From Bacteroidales bacterium (GTDB taxonomy: Bacteria; Bacteroidota; Bacteroidia; Bacteroidales; DTU049): DNA of 64,000 nucleotides. Below, piece by piece: positions 30,153-40,523 of this stretch. Within the stretch, counting starts at the first letter, position 1. Each line of letters starts with the position of its first letter. A program made the position numbers and the translations under genes. The stretch covers positions 8,867 to 72,866 of the forward strand of contig JAAYOU010000029.1 of the NCBI GenBank assembly GCA_012520175.1. The letters run 5' to 3'. The notes beneath the pieces are model-generated. The model saw nothing but the letters and a program-made list of their open reading frames with translations, was not told the origin of the DNA and searched no databases.

Positions 30153-30254
30153 ATGAACAAAAAAATCATTTTATTATTCTTTGCCGTTTTGCCAATATTG
30201 CCTATAGGGCAAGAAGCTAAGCGAAATAGATTTATTGAAATTGTTTCATGCTAA
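30153..30254 (+). other. 33-aa ORF with signal-peptide-like sequence between DUF4249 gene and receptor
   Basis: MNKKIILLFFAVLPILPIGQEAKRNRFIEIVSC*; may be a gene remnant or not expressed. Confidence 0.25.
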
Positions 30255-30267
30255 TTATAATTTTTTT

Positions 30268-32607
30268 ATGAAAAGGCTGTTTTTCTTTTTCTTTATAATT
30301 TATCAAAGTTGTTTGTTTGCTCAAAATATTACTGTTAGCGGTTATATAGAAGATGAACAAACAGGAGAGCGACTAATAGGAGCAAGTGTTTTCGATGCTT
30401 CGTCTAAAACAGGTACAACATCAAATAGCTATGGTTTTTTTAGCATTTCTTTTGCCAAAGGCAGCGTTGTTAACTTACGCTTTTCTTATGTTGGCTATGA
30501 ATCAATAGAAAAAACTTTGATTGTAACAGAAAACAAGCAGCTAAGTATCAAACTTAAGCCTAATTTAATGCTTAATGAAGTTGTGGTTGTTGCTAGCCAA
30601 GATAAGCCTATAGAGCAGAAATTAGAAATGGGCGTTGTTTCCATTCCGATTAAACAAGTTAAGCTACTTCCTGCGTTGGGTGGCGAAAGTGATGTTCTAA
30701 AAGCCATACAATTAATGCCCGGTGTGCAATCGGGAAATGAAGGCACTAGCGGGCTGTATGTTAGAGGTGGTAGCCCTGACCAGAATTTAATGGTGCTAGA
30801 CGATGTGCCTTTGTATTATGTGAATCACTTAGGTAGCTTGGTTTCAATTTTTAATTCTGATGCAATAAGTAACATAAGTCTTATCAAAGGAGGCTTCCCA
30901 GCACGATATGGCAATCGCTTATCTTCTGTTATGGACATAAGAATGAAAGATGGCAATTTAAAAGAATTTAAAGGCAACGCTATGATTGGCATGGTGGCAT
31001 CAAAAATATCTGTTGAAGGTCCAATTAAAAAAGATACTAGTTCTTACATTGTTTCGTTTCGTAGGTTTATGTATGATTTAATCACAAGACCTTTATCTAA
31101 GATTGTTTTTAAAAATGTATCTGCGGGCTACACTTTTTATGATTTTAATGCAAAACTAAATTATAAGTTGTCTGATAAGGATAGGCTGTATTTTAGCGTC
31201 TATTCTGGAAAAGATAAAATGATTACTAAAATTAAAGATAAATCAGATAATAGTAAATACAAGAACATAGCTTCTTTGGGTTGGGGTAATAATTTAGTTG
31301 CTATTAGGTGGAATCACTTATTTAATACAAAGCTGTTTTGCAACAATACGATTTCTTACTCACAATACAAATACAAAACTGGACTTGAAAATATAGAAAA
31401 TATAGGGCAATATGAAGAATCTATATTTAATGGGTTTACTTCCGGAATAAACGATTTATCAATAAAATTTGATTTTGAATACTATCTTTCAAAAAGATAC
31501 AAATTAATTTTTGGTGTCAACAGCATTTATCATACTTTTATTCCTAATAAAGAAAAGTATAGACATAGCATAAATGACTCGTCTATTACAGATACTTTAT
31601 TTGGCAATTATTCATTAAAAGCTCTCGATAATGCTTTTTACGTGGAAAATCTTTTTCAAATTGGGAAAAGTCTTTCTGTAAATGCAGGTGGTCGTCTTTC
31701 TCATTATTACGTAGAAGACACGAACTTTGTTAATTTGGAGCCGCGGATTTTGGTGAATTACCTTGTTGGTGAGAAAAATTCGATAAAAGCATCGTATTCT
31801 CAAATGTTTCAGAACATTCATTTGCTAACAAGTTCTGGAACAGGTGTGCAAACTGATTTATGGCTACCAGCGACAAAAAAAGTAATACCTCAAAAATCTT
31901 CGCAATATTCATTGGGAGCAGCTTCAACTCGAAATATCAATAATCAGACTTACGAAATATCAATAGAGTTTTTTTTCAAGAAACTTCAAAATTTAATTGC
32001 ATATAAAACGGGTGCTAGTATTTATGGTTCTTCTTTTGATTGGCAAGATAAAATAGAAAAAAACGGCAAAGGTGTTTCAAAAGGAATTGAGCTGCTAATT
32101 AATAAGAAAACAGGCAAGACTACAGGCTGGATAGGCTATACATATTCAAAAACAACTCATAAATTTGAAAATATTAATGAAGGTGCTGAATATCTTTTTA
32201 AATATGACAGACCTCATGATATAAGTATTGTTATAATACATAAATTGAATAAAAATATTAATTTTTCATTAACGTGGGTTTATGGGACAGGAAATCCAAT
32301 TACTTTGCCAGTTGGCTCATATTCTATAATGACCGAAATGGGTTTAGGGCAAATATATATTTATGAAGGTATAAATACATTTAGGATGAGGGATTATCAT
32401 AAATTGGATATTGGTTTTAATTTTAGTAAAGAAAAAAAATGGGGCACAAGAACTTGGAATGTGAGTGTTTACAATTTATATAATCGCAAAAATCCTTATT
32501 TTTATTATTTTGAAAGCAAATATTATTATGTTGGCAGCGAAACTGTATTAAAGCAATTAAGCTTGTTTCCAATAATGCCTTCTGTAAGTTATAGTATTAG
32601 TTTTTAG
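30268..32607 (+). CDS. TonB-dependent receptor with carboxypeptidase-like regulatory domain
   Basis: Reannotated start at MKRLFFFFFIIYQSCLFAQ; VSGYIEDEQTGERLIGASVF, plug GTSGLYVRGGSPDQNLMVLDDVPLYYVNH, C-term aromatic IMPSVSYSISF. Confidence 0.92.
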   Translation: MKRLFFFFFIIYQSCLFAQNITVSGYIEDEQTGERLIGASVFDASSKTGTTSNSYGFFSISFAKGSVVNLRFSYVGYESIEKTLIVTENKQLSIKLKPNLMLNEVVVVASQDKPIEQKLEMGVVSIPIKQVKLLPALGGESDVLKAIQLMPGVQSGNEGTSGLYVRGGSPDQNLMVLDDVPLYYVNHLGSLVSIFNSDAISNISLIKGGFPARYGNRLSSVMDIRMKDGNLKEFKGNAMIGMVASKISVEGPIKKDTSSYIVSFRRFMYDLITRPLSKIVFKNVSAGYTFYDFNAKLNYKLSDKDRLYFSVYSGKDKMITKIKDKSDNSKYKNIASLGWGNNLVAIRWNHLFNTKLFCNNTISYSQYKYKTGLENIENIGQYEESIFNGFTSGINDLSIKFDFEYYLSKRYKLIFGVNSIYHTFIPNKEKYRHSINDSSITDTLFGNYSLKALDNAFYVENLFQIGKSLSVNAGGRLSHYYVEDTNFVNLEPRILVNYLVGEKNSIKASYSQMFQNIHLLTSSGTGVQTDLWLPATKKVIPQKSSQYSLGAASTRNINNQTYEISIEFFFKKLQNLIAYKTGASIYGSSFDWQDKIEKNGKGVSKGIELLINKKTGKTTGWIGYTYSKTTHKFENINEGAEYLFKYDRPHDISIVIIHKLNKNINFSLTWVYGTGNPITLPVGSYSIMTEMGLGQIYIYEGINTFRMRDYHKLDIGFNFSKEKKWGTRTWNVSVYNLYNRKNPYFYYFESKYYYVGSETVLKQLSLFPIMPSVSYSISF

Positions 32608-32672
32608 TGTTGAGTGTTTAGTTTTTAGTTGGTGCGGCGGGCGCTCATAATCGCTTGATTATCAACGACTTA
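32606..32672. repeat. Dispersed intergenic repeat, copy B
   Basis: 67 bp, 5 mismatches versus 28978-29044; includes a GC-rich inverted repeat GGTGCGGCGG/CCGCCGCACC (32631-32640/32675-32684). Confidence 0.85.
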
Positions 32673-32828
32673 CGCCGCCGCACCCAAAACAACTAAACTA
32701 AACGGTCGCCACTCTGTAACTACTTGTGTATTAGTAATTTATATAAGGCGAACGCTACTCGCTAATTCGCTGAGTATCAACACTTTACGCGAACAACAAA
32801 AAGCAACAACACGTTACACACAAAAAAA

Positions 32829-33032
32829 TTATTTTTTTACTGTGGTATCTACAGCAGCAGAATCGTTGCTTAGGAAAGCATTTGCAGCATCAACACTGGA
32901 GCTAATGGAAGTGTCTTGTTTAATACTATCTTGGAATTTATCCATTTCTTCTTGCTCGCTTTTATTTGCACTTCCGCAAGAACATAAAACAGCCATTGAT
33001 AAGGCTGCGAATAAAAACATTATTTTTTTCAT
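32829..33032 (-). CDS. Small lipoprotein
   Basis: 67 aa; MKKIMFLFAALSMAVLCSCGSANKSEQEEMDKFQDS... Confidence 0.6.
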   Translation of the reverse strand: MKKIMFLFAALSMAVLCSCGSANKSEQEEMDKFQDSIKQDTSISSSVDAANAFLSNDSAAVDTTVKK

Positions 33033-33061
33033 TTTTTGGCTTTTTTATTTGAACTTTCTTT

Positions 33062-33850
33062 TTATTTCTTATAGTCTTTCAAAGCTTCTTTAGCTTTAAT
33101 TCTATTTTCTTCATCGTCAAAGAATCCTTTTGGATATTTCATTTTTAACGATTCTAATTTTTTTACAACTGCTGTTGCAATAATATTATTTCTATACCAC
33201 TTGTCATCAGCAGGAACAATCGTCCAAGGAATTTTTGAGCTACATTTTTTGAAGATTTTTTCGTAAACAGCCATATATTTATCCCAACTTCTAGACTCTT
33301 CAATATCAGCAGGATTATATTTCCAATATTTTTCCGGTCTTACCAATCTGCTTTGAAATCTTCTCACTTGCTCATCTCTAGACATGTGCAAATAAAATTT
33401 CATAACATGAGTATTATTATCTATCAGCATTGCCTCAAACGAATTAATATAATCGTATCTGCGTGCGATAATATCAGACTTAAATGTTTTATGCACTTCA
33501 GGCACAAGCACATCTTCGTAATGAGAGCGATTAAAAATATGTATCATTCCTTTTGGCGGAGTGTGTTTGTGCACTCTGCGTAAAAAATCATACGAATATT
33601 CTTCGATTGTAGGCTTTTTAAAGGATTTTACATAAATACTCATTGGATTTAGGTCTCCAAAGACGTGCCTAACAGTGCTGTCTTTTCCAGAAGCATCCAT
33701 TCCTTGCAAGACAATAAGGAGGCTGTTTTTGTTTTCGGCATATAAAACATCTTGCAGCTTCTTCATTTTTTCTATAAGCGCTGCTGTTTCTTTTTTCGTT
33801 GATTCTTCATCAACACTTTTCGGAGCTTTTGTTGAAATTGATTCGAGCAT
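33062..33850 (-). CDS. Polyphosphate kinase 2 family protein
   Basis: 262 aa; VLQGMDASGKDSTVRHVFGDLNP Walker A, HIFNRSHYEDVLVPEVH, WTIVPADDKWYRN. Confidence 0.92.
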   Translation of the reverse strand: MLESISTKAPKSVDEESTKKETAALIEKMKKLQDVLYAENKNSLLIVLQGMDASGKDSTVRHVFGDLNPMSIYVKSFKKPTIEEYSYDFLRRVHKHTPPKGMIHIFNRSHYEDVLVPEVHKTFKSDIIARRYDYINSFEAMLIDNNTHVMKFYLHMSRDEQVRRFQSRLVRPEKYWKYNPADIEESRSWDKYMAVYEKIFKKCSSKIPWTIVPADDKWYRNNIIATAVVKKLESLKMKYPKGFFDDEENRIKAKEALKDYKK

Positions 33851-33862
33851 ATTATTGTTGTT

Positions 33863-34813
33863 TTAAATTTTAATTTCACTAGTTGTTTTTTCTTTCCCGA
33901 AATAAAGTGCTGCATTTATTTCGAAGCCGATTAGCATTATCATTGAAACAATAAAAATGTAGAGCATTAAAATAAACAAAGCAGAAATTCCTCCATATAT
34001 TTCTTTATATCTTGTAAATTCATTTATAAAAAAATCAAATCCCACAGATGCGATAACTATTAATAAAGCCGCTAGTGCTGTGCCCGGACTAAACAAATAA
34101 AAGCGATGTTTTTTTGCCGGCGCCACAAAATATATAGCTGTTAAAATAACAGAGACAAACAAAAAGAAAAACACATATTTTATAATAAAGACAATGCCTG
34201 TTGACCAAAACGAAGATAAAACATTATTTCCAATAAGCCAAGAAATAACTTTTTGGTTTAAAAAGAACACTGGAACTGAAACAATTACTACTAACAATAA
34301 AATACATACTAGCAAAAGGGCTACAGTAAATTGTTTTAGCAAAGGTCTGTTTTCCTTTACGTGATAAGAATTGTTAAAAATAGCAATGCAAGCACGCATA
34401 CTATTTACAGCAAAATAAAAAGCTACAATTGCTGTAACAGAAATCACGCTTCCGACAGCTCCAGAAGCCACTTCCGACACAGGGTCTGCGATTGATAAAA
34501 ATATTTGCTCTGGCAAAAATGTGCCTAAAATTTCCATCAACAAATATTTGCTTTCATCAGGCAGCAAAAGCGGAATAACTGTATTAACAAGAATTAATGC
34601 AGGAATTGCAGCCATCATAAGTTTAAAAGATAAAGCTGACGCTCTTATTGCTAATACAGAATTTCTAAATCCTTCAATTAATAAATTTAAAACCTCGTTT
34701 ACACTTTTTCCTCCACTACCGGGAAATTTATGTGTTTTCGCATAGAGTAGTAGCTTGTTGTAAACAATTCTTTTTTTTGCTTTTAACCGATTTAAAAATT
34801 TATTTTTAGTCAA
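33863..34813 (-). CDS. YihY/virulence factor BrkB family membrane protein
   Basis: 316 aa; multi-TM; ILLFLY/SWI pattern with FVSMIMLIGFEINAALYF C-terminus. Confidence 0.75.
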   Translation of the reverse strand: MTKNKFLNRLKAKKRIVYNKLLLYAKTHKFPGSGGKSVNEVLNLLIEGFRNSVLAIRASALSFKLMMAAIPALILVNTVIPLLLPDESKYLLMEILGTFLPEQIFLSIADPVSEVASGAVGSVISVTAIVAFYFAVNSMRACIAIFNNSYHVKENRPLLKQFTVALLLVCILLLVVIVSVPVFFLNQKVISWLIGNNVLSSFWSTGIVFIIKYVFFFLFVSVILTAIYFVAPAKKHRFYLFSPGTALAALLIVIASVGFDFFINEFTRYKEIYGGISALFILMLYIFIVSMIMLIGFEINAALYFGKEKTTSEIKI

Positions 34814-35669
34814 TGGCTTTTAAACTTAAATCCAAACTTTTTATATGGTGAGTAAGTGCTCCTGACGAAATATAATCTACACCTGTTTCGGCAAATTCTC
34901 TCAAATTATCAATATTGATGCCTCCGCTAGCTTCTGTTTTCAATCGCCCATCTATAAAAGTAACAGCCTCTTTTAGTTTTTGAGGTGTAAAATTATCCAA
35001 TAGAACTCTATTTGCAATATTTGTGTCTAAAACTTCTTTTAACTCATCCATTGTCCGAACTTCTATTTCTATTTCTAAGTCAAGGCTTTTGTCTTTAAGA
35101 TATTGGGCAGCCTTTGTTAATGCAGCTTTTATTCCTCCGGCAAAATCCACATGATTGTCTTTTATAAGAATCATGTCATAAAGCCCAATTCTATGATTGC
35201 AGCCTCCACCAATTCTTACAGCCATTTTTTCCAACTCTCTAAGCAATGGAGTTGTTTTTCTGGTGTCTAATATTTTTGTATTTGTTCCTTCTAATATTTT
35301 CACCATTTTATTTGTTTGAGTAGCAATTCCACTCAATCTTTGCATAAAATTAAGCACTAGTCGCTCGCATGAAAGCAAGTTTATTACTGGACCTTCTACA
35401 ATAAAAGCAATATCTCCTTTGTTTACCCAATTTCCATCTTGCAAAATCACTTGCATTGATATGTCAGGGTTATAATGGTGGAAAATTTGCCTAGCAAGAC
35501 TAACTCCCGCTAAAGCGCCCTCCTCTTTTACAAACAAAGCCATTTTTCCTCTTTTATCTGCCGGAATTGTACTTAATGAGGTATGATCTCCATTTCCAAT
35601 ATCCTCTATTAAAGCATAATCAATAATTTGATTTATTGTTAGTCCACTATGCATATTATTGTATTTCAA
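34806..35669 (-). CDS. nadC: Nicotinate-nucleotide pyrophosphorylase (carboxylating)
   Basis: 287 aa; EDIGNGDHTSLSTIP, LSGIATQT, TRKTTPLLRELEKMAVRIGGGCNHRIGLYDMILIKDNH, YISSGALTHH. Confidence 0.96.
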   Translation of the reverse strand: MKYNNMHSGLTINQIIDYALIEDIGNGDHTSLSTIPADKRGKMALFVKEEGALAGVSLARQIFHHYNPDISMQVILQDGNWVNKGDIAFIVEGPVINLLSCERLVLNFMQRLSGIATQTNKMVKILEGTNTKILDTRKTTPLLRELEKMAVRIGGGCNHRIGLYDMILIKDNHVDFAGGIKAALTKAAQYLKDKSLDLEIEIEVRTMDELKEVLDTNIANRVLLDNFTPQKLKEAVTFIDGRLKTEASGGINIDNLREFAETGVDYISSGALTHHIKSLDLSLKAID

Positions 35670-36069
35670 ATTTTAGAATGTGAAGAGTTATTTTATTTTC
35701 TATATTTTGCATAACATAATAAACCTTAAAAACAACATCTCCGGAGACATACGAACCCAAAACATAAAAGTTTGACCCAGAAGTTTTTCCTTCAGAATTT
35801 ATTGTAAATGATGATGGTGGGTATTTTTTGAAAAAATCTTGCATTATTACACCTGCCTGTGTTTTGCTAAAAACGTCTTTTTTCCCTGGCACGCTTAATT
35901 GGATTGTTTGTGCAAAATAAGATGCAAGTTTTGAAGCGTCTCCAGCCTTTATAGCATCTGCAATTACATCATTTACACTATAAAAAGACATTGTATCATG
36001 CTCTTCGTTTGTTGCAGCATGTCCATAAATAGTTCCTAAGCTTAGTAGTATGATAATAAAAATTTTCAT
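35656..36069 (-). CDS. DUF4783-like exported protein
   Basis: Reannotated start at MKIFIIILLSLGTIYGHA; FKVYYVMQNIENKITLHILKFEIQ; overlaps nadC start. Confidence 0.6.
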   Translation of the reverse strand: MKIFIIILLSLGTIYGHAATNEEHDTMSFYSVNDVIADAIKAGDASKLASYFAQTIQLSVPGKKDVFSKTQAGVIMQDFFKKYPPSSFTINSEGKTSGSNFYVLGSYVSGDVVFKVYYVMQNIENKITLHILKFEIQ

Positions 36070-36146
36070 TATTTTGTATTTTGAACTTTTTAAATTCAAA
36101 TTTTGAGCCAAAGATACAATTTTTAAACAGTTATGAATTATTTTTT

Positions 36147-36617
36147 ATGAAAATTACATTAATTTCAGCAGGAAAAACACGTGTCCCGTTTATATCAGAA
36201 GGATTGAAATTCTACGGAACTAAAATAAATAATTATTTTCAGTGGGAAATTATTGAAACGCAAGATTTGAAAGGTATTTCCGACATTAAAAGAATGACCG
36301 AAAGCGAAGGCGAAAAAATTATTAAACATATTCAAGAAAAAGACACAGTAATACTTCTAGACGAAAAAGGCAATCTTTACAACAGTATTGAATTTTCGGA
36401 AAATCTTGAGAAGATTATTCAAAACAGTTCGGTAAAAAAAATTGTATTTGTAATAGCTGGAGCTTATGGAGCTAGCGAGCAATTAAAGAAACGTGCAAAC
36501 TATATTTGGTCTCTTTCGCCACTAACTTTTCCTCATCAACTTGTACGACTTATACTAGTAGAGCAAATTTATAGAGCATTAACTATAATGAAAAAAGAGC
36601 CGTACCATCATATTTAA
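36147..36617 (+). CDS. rlmH: 23S rRNA (pseudouridine1915-N3)-methyltransferase
   Basis: Reannotated start MKITLISAGKTR; IVFVIAGAYGASEQLKKRANYIWSLSPLTFPHQLVRLILVEQIYRALTIMKKEPYHH. Confidence 0.95.
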   Translation: MKITLISAGKTRVPFISEGLKFYGTKINNYFQWEIIETQDLKGISDIKRMTESEGEKIIKHIQEKDTVILLDEKGNLYNSIEFSENLEKIIQNSSVKKIVFVIAGAYGASEQLKKRANYIWSLSPLTFPHQLVRLILVEQIYRALTIMKKEPYHHI

Positions 36618-36644
36618 AAACTCGTGTTTTCACTGCACTGTGCT

Positions 36645-37628
36645 TTATGTATTGTTTTTCATAAGTTTTTCAACTGCATCAACAATTAAATCTGCTTCTA
36701 TTTTTTGCATACAATCAAAATGTTTTTTTGGACAACTATCAAAGCCTAATTTGCTGCAAGGGCGGCACTTTAAATTTTTATTTTCAATAATAACGTAATT
36801 TTCTTTTATCTCTTTTGGGAAATATGGATACATGCCAAAAGCGGGCACAGTGTTTCCCCATATTGAAACTGTTGGCTTATGCAAAGCTGCCGCAATGTGC
36901 ATCATGCCTGTGTCGTTTGAAACAACAACACTTGCATTTTTTATTATTTCAGCAGACCCATACAATGAAAGTTTTGCACAAAGATTAAATACTTTATCTG
37001 AATTGCTTTTTTCAATAAAAGAAGCATTTTCCTTATCTTTTTTTCCACCCAATAACACAACAGGTAAGCTTGATTTTTTTACAAACTCAACAATTTTTTC
37101 TTTTGGATATCGCTTTGTGAAAAAAGTGCCACCAATAGCAAAAACAATATATTTTTCTGGAATTTTAGCGTCTATTTGAATGTTTTTTGGCATAAAAAAA
37201 TCCAATCCTAAATCATCATTTTTAACATTTAAGTTTTTTACAGCTTTGAAATAGCGATCAACAATATGAATGTCTGGGAGTAAGTTTTTCTTAAATTTTG
37301 TAAAAATCCATTTGTAAAAATTAAGTTTATTGAATGTATAGTATCTTATTCTAAGCCGTGCTAACAAAGAAAAACTTCTAATGTTTTTATGCAAATCTAT
37401 CATGCAGTCAAAGTTTTCTTTTTTAAGATTGTCTGCAATTTCCATTGGCGATTTTTTTACAGTCCAGAGCTTTGTTATATAAGGATTTTCCGACATGGTT
37501 TCAGCATAACATTCCCTTGTTAAGAAATGCAATTCGTCTTCTGGTCGTTGTTTTTTCAAACATCGCACTATTGGGGAAGTTAGCACTATATCACCAATTG
37601 AACTTATTCTGTATATCAGAATTTTCAT
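36645..37628 (-). CDS. Glycosyltransferase family 9 (heptosyltransferase-like)
   Basis: 327 aa; MKILIYRISSIGDIVLTSPIVRCLKKQ; VSNDTGMMHIAAALHKPTVSIWGNT. Confidence 0.9.
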   Translation of the reverse strand: MKILIYRISSIGDIVLTSPIVRCLKKQRPEDELHFLTRECYAETMSENPYITKLWTVKKSPMEIADNLKKENFDCMIDLHKNIRSFSLLARLRIRYYTFNKLNFYKWIFTKFKKNLLPDIHIVDRYFKAVKNLNVKNDDLGLDFFMPKNIQIDAKIPEKYIVFAIGGTFFTKRYPKEKIVEFVKKSSLPVVLLGGKKDKENASFIEKSNSDKVFNLCAKLSLYGSAEIIKNASVVVSNDTGMMHIAAALHKPTVSIWGNTVPAFGMYPYFPKEIKENYVIIENKNLKCRPCSKLGFDSCPKKHFDCMQKIEADLIVDAVEKLMKNNT

Positions 37629-37701
37629 TAAATTATTTTATTTTTCAAATTTTATTTTGAATACATTGCAAATTTAACTATTTTTGTATAAGCATTTACT
37701 T

Positions 37702-37827
37702 ATGAAAAAAACGAAATTTATATATTTTTTAATTTTTGTACTTGTTTTAAGTGTTTCTTTTTCTGCTTGTAATACAAAAAAGAAATTTAATCCCAAAAAA
37801 TGTAAAACTTGTCCACATTTTAATTGA
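37702..37827 (+). CDS. Small cysteine-containing lipoprotein (41 aa), missing from supplied ORF track
   Basis: MKKTKFIYFLIFVLVLSVSFSACNTKKKFNPKKCKTCPHFN*; lipobox SFSAC. Confidence 0.55.
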   Translation: MKKTKFIYFLIFVLVLSVSFSACNTKKKFNPKKCKTCPHFN

Positions 37828-37883
37828 TTTTAAGATATTATTTTAAAAACATATTATTTCAATGTGTTTTATAAATTTGCAAC

Positions 37884-39248
37884 ATGTTTAACCCATCGGA
37901 TTATATAACAATTTGGGACTGGTTATTGTCTTTTATATACATGGGCTTTATAATAATTGCAATGTATGTATATACTTTATTTAAAAGAAAAAACGACCCT
38001 ATATATAAATGGTTAATCCCAGCTTTTATTGTTAAATGCTTTGGAGGTATTGCTGTTTTAATGATTTATGCATATTACTATACCGAAGGCGGAGATACGT
38101 ATTCATATTTTGACAATACAAAAAAACTTCTTTTACTTACCTTTGAAAATCCACAAGGAACACTTAGGCTTCTTTTGGGAGAAAACACATACGAAACTTT
38201 TTCGTTTTTTCCATATTCAATAGGCAAACCTTGGGCAGATCTTTTTTTTGATGATAAAACTTGGGCTGTAAGTCGTTTTACCTATCCTTTTGTTCTTTTA
38301 GGATTTGGCAGAATAATGACCTCCACAATATTATTCAACGCCTACGCATTAATTGGTCCATGGAAATTGTTCAGACTGTTATGTGAGCAATATCCAGACT
38401 ATAGAAAAAAACTAGCTTTTGCAATGTTTTTTATCCCTTCGTGTATATTTTGGGGCTCTGGTCTTTATAAAGATAGCTTTACCCTATCATCTACTCTTTG
38501 GATTTTTTATTCTATTTTGCAAATTACTTTAAATAGAAAAAAAATTGGCATTAATTTATTTTTAATAATATTAAATTCATACATAATCATAAGTGTAAAA
38601 CCTTATATTTTTGTTGTTTTACTACCTGCAGTTCTTATTTTATTCACATATTCATCTGTTAAAAAAATTAAAAACAAAGCCTTAAGAATTCTTGCTCTTC
38701 CATCCTTGACAATAATAGTTTTTGCTGGAGGTCTTTTACTTTTTTCATCATTGTCTTCTTCGCTTGGACAATATGGCAACATGACTTCTATGATAAACAA
38801 ATTAATTATTACAAGAGAAGATTTTATACATAATAAGACATATAGTACAAATTTTTTTGATATTGGAGAGTTTGAGCCTTCTTTTTTAGGTGTCTTAAAA
38901 AAAGTACCATTAGCTTTTTTGTATGGATTGCTTGGTCCATTTCCGTGGCAAGTAACAAATCCCGTTATTGCAATAAGTTCTTTAGAAGGATCGTTGTTTT
39001 TAATTCTTTTTATTTTGTCTTTAAGGGCTGTTTTATTTCAAAAAAATGTATTCAAAAATCTTTCCGACCCAATCTTTATTAGTTTTCTTTTTTTCTCTGT
39101 TATTTTAGTAATTTTTGTAGGATTAAGCACCCCAAATTTTGGTTCATTAGTTCGCTATAGAATACCAGCTCTCCCTTTGTATCTTTTCTGTATGATACAT
39201 GTAATTTCATTATCAAAAAAAGAAAGCCAAAAAAGAAATATTTATTGA
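37884..39248 (+). CDS. Multi-pass membrane protein, possible polysaccharide polymerase-like
   Basis: 454 aa; many hydrophobic segments; location at edge of polysaccharide locus; no decisive motif. Confidence 0.5.
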   Translation: MFNPSDYITIWDWLLSFIYMGFIIIAMYVYTLFKRKNDPIYKWLIPAFIVKCFGGIAVLMIYAYYYTEGGDTYSYFDNTKKLLLLTFENPQGTLRLLLGENTYETFSFFPYSIGKPWADLFFDDKTWAVSRFTYPFVLLGFGRIMTSTILFNAYALIGPWKLFRLLCEQYPDYRKKLAFAMFFIPSCIFWGSGLYKDSFTLSSTLWIFYSILQITLNRKKIGINLFLIILNSYIIISVKPYIFVVLLPAVLILFTYSSVKKIKNKALRILALPSLTIIVFAGGLLLFSSLSSSLGQYGNMTSMINKLIITREDFIHNKTYSTNFFDIGEFEPSFLGVLKKVPLAFLYGLLGPFPWQVTNPVIAISSLEGSLFLILFILSLRAVLFQKNVFKNLSDPIFISFLFFSVILVIFVGLSTPNFGSLVRYRIPALPLYLFCMIHVISLSKKESQKRNIY

Positions 39249-40423
39249 GAAAGTCCCTGTTCTTGCTTTGTTTTATTTTTTATGTTTTTCTTAAATTTTT
39301 TTATGAGTTTCAAGGATTGATATTCAACCACATAATAAAATAAATATGAAACTCCTACAGCAATCACAACACCAATCCAATAAATTCTAGAATAAAATAC
39401 TTCTACTCCTGTAAACTTAACCAGCAATGAATACAGCAATATAAACAATGGAAAATGAATTAAATACATAGAATAAGAAATTTTACCCATAGAAATAAAA
39501 AAATTGTTTATCCAAGTGGTTTTTACAGGATAATTTATTACTCTGTAAATAGCTATAACAGTGAAGAAACCTCCTAATAAATATGTATATTTATAAGAAA
39601 TAAAAAAACTTCCGTAAACAGCTACTAGCAATAAGATTATGGCACTAATATTATAAAACCAAACATTTATTCTTTTTATTTTATTTTGTAATTTATATTC
39701 AAAAATTAGCCAATAAGTAAAATAACCTAATGCAAAAAAGAAAGCATAATATGTAATAAAATTTGATAACGGTTCAAAACCTAAATATTTAAAAAATATA
39801 TTTTTAAAAATAAATCCAGTTATTAATAATACACTAGTTACAAGCAAAAACATTCTTTTTCTTTTTATGAAAAATGGTGCTGTTAAATAAAAGAAAGCCT
39901 CTATCAGCAAAGACCAGTAAGAGTCATTATAGCCAATATAACAAGGTTTTGCAACAAAAATTAAATTCCAAGCTACAGTTTCTAAGTTAAAATTTTGATA
40001 ATTACTAACCAAGCGTTGGCTATACTCCCTGTCCGTAGCGTTATGAAAAAGTTCATTGTTTATTAATGTTGCAGAATAAAACAATATTATTGTTAGAATT
40101 ATTGAAGCAATATAAGGAATATAGATTCTTATAGCTCTATTTATGTAAAAGTGCTTTGTTTTCCATTTGTTGTTCTGAAAACTATATGCAATAAAGAATC
40201 CGCTTAATACAAAAAACACAATAACCATTAAAGCAGGATTTGAGCTAAACATATCTAATCCAAACAATAATTTGTCAAAAATATTCCAATCTTCTTTTGG
40301 AAACTTTTTGATATATTCTATGCCACCACTCCAAAAGTGAAATTTTGCATGACCTATAACAACCATCAGTGCAGCAAAGCCTCTTATTGAGTGTAATAAT
40401 TTGAATTTTTCTTTATCTATCAT
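39242..40423 (-). CDS. Acyltransferase family 3 (OafA-like) membrane protein
   Basis: 393 aa; LLHSIRGFAALMVVIGHAKFHF, FFVLSGFFIAYSF, YSMYLIHFPLF. Confidence 0.9.
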   Translation of the reverse strand: MIDKEKFKLLHSIRGFAALMVVIGHAKFHFWSGGIEYIKKFPKEDWNIFDKLLFGLDMFSSNPALMVIVFFVLSGFFIAYSFQNNKWKTKHFYINRAIRIYIPYIASIILTIILFYSATLINNELFHNATDREYSQRLVSNYQNFNLETVAWNLIFVAKPCYIGYNDSYWSLLIEAFFYLTAPFFIKRKRMFLLVTSVLLITGFIFKNIFFKYLGFEPLSNFITYYAFFFALGYFTYWLIFEYKLQNKIKRINVWFYNISAIILLLVAVYGSFFISYKYTYLLGGFFTVIAIYRVINYPVKTTWINNFFISMGKISYSMYLIHFPLFILLYSLLVKFTGVEVFYSRIYWIGVVIAVGVSYLFYYVVEYQSLKLIKKFKKNIKNKTKQEQGLSQ

Positions 40424-40523
40424 TTACGCTTTTTATTATTTTTAAATTAGGCAAATAAAAATAATTGACGCAAAGATAATTTTTTAATTCTATAAAGTTG
40501 TTCTTGTTATAATATAAAAACTA

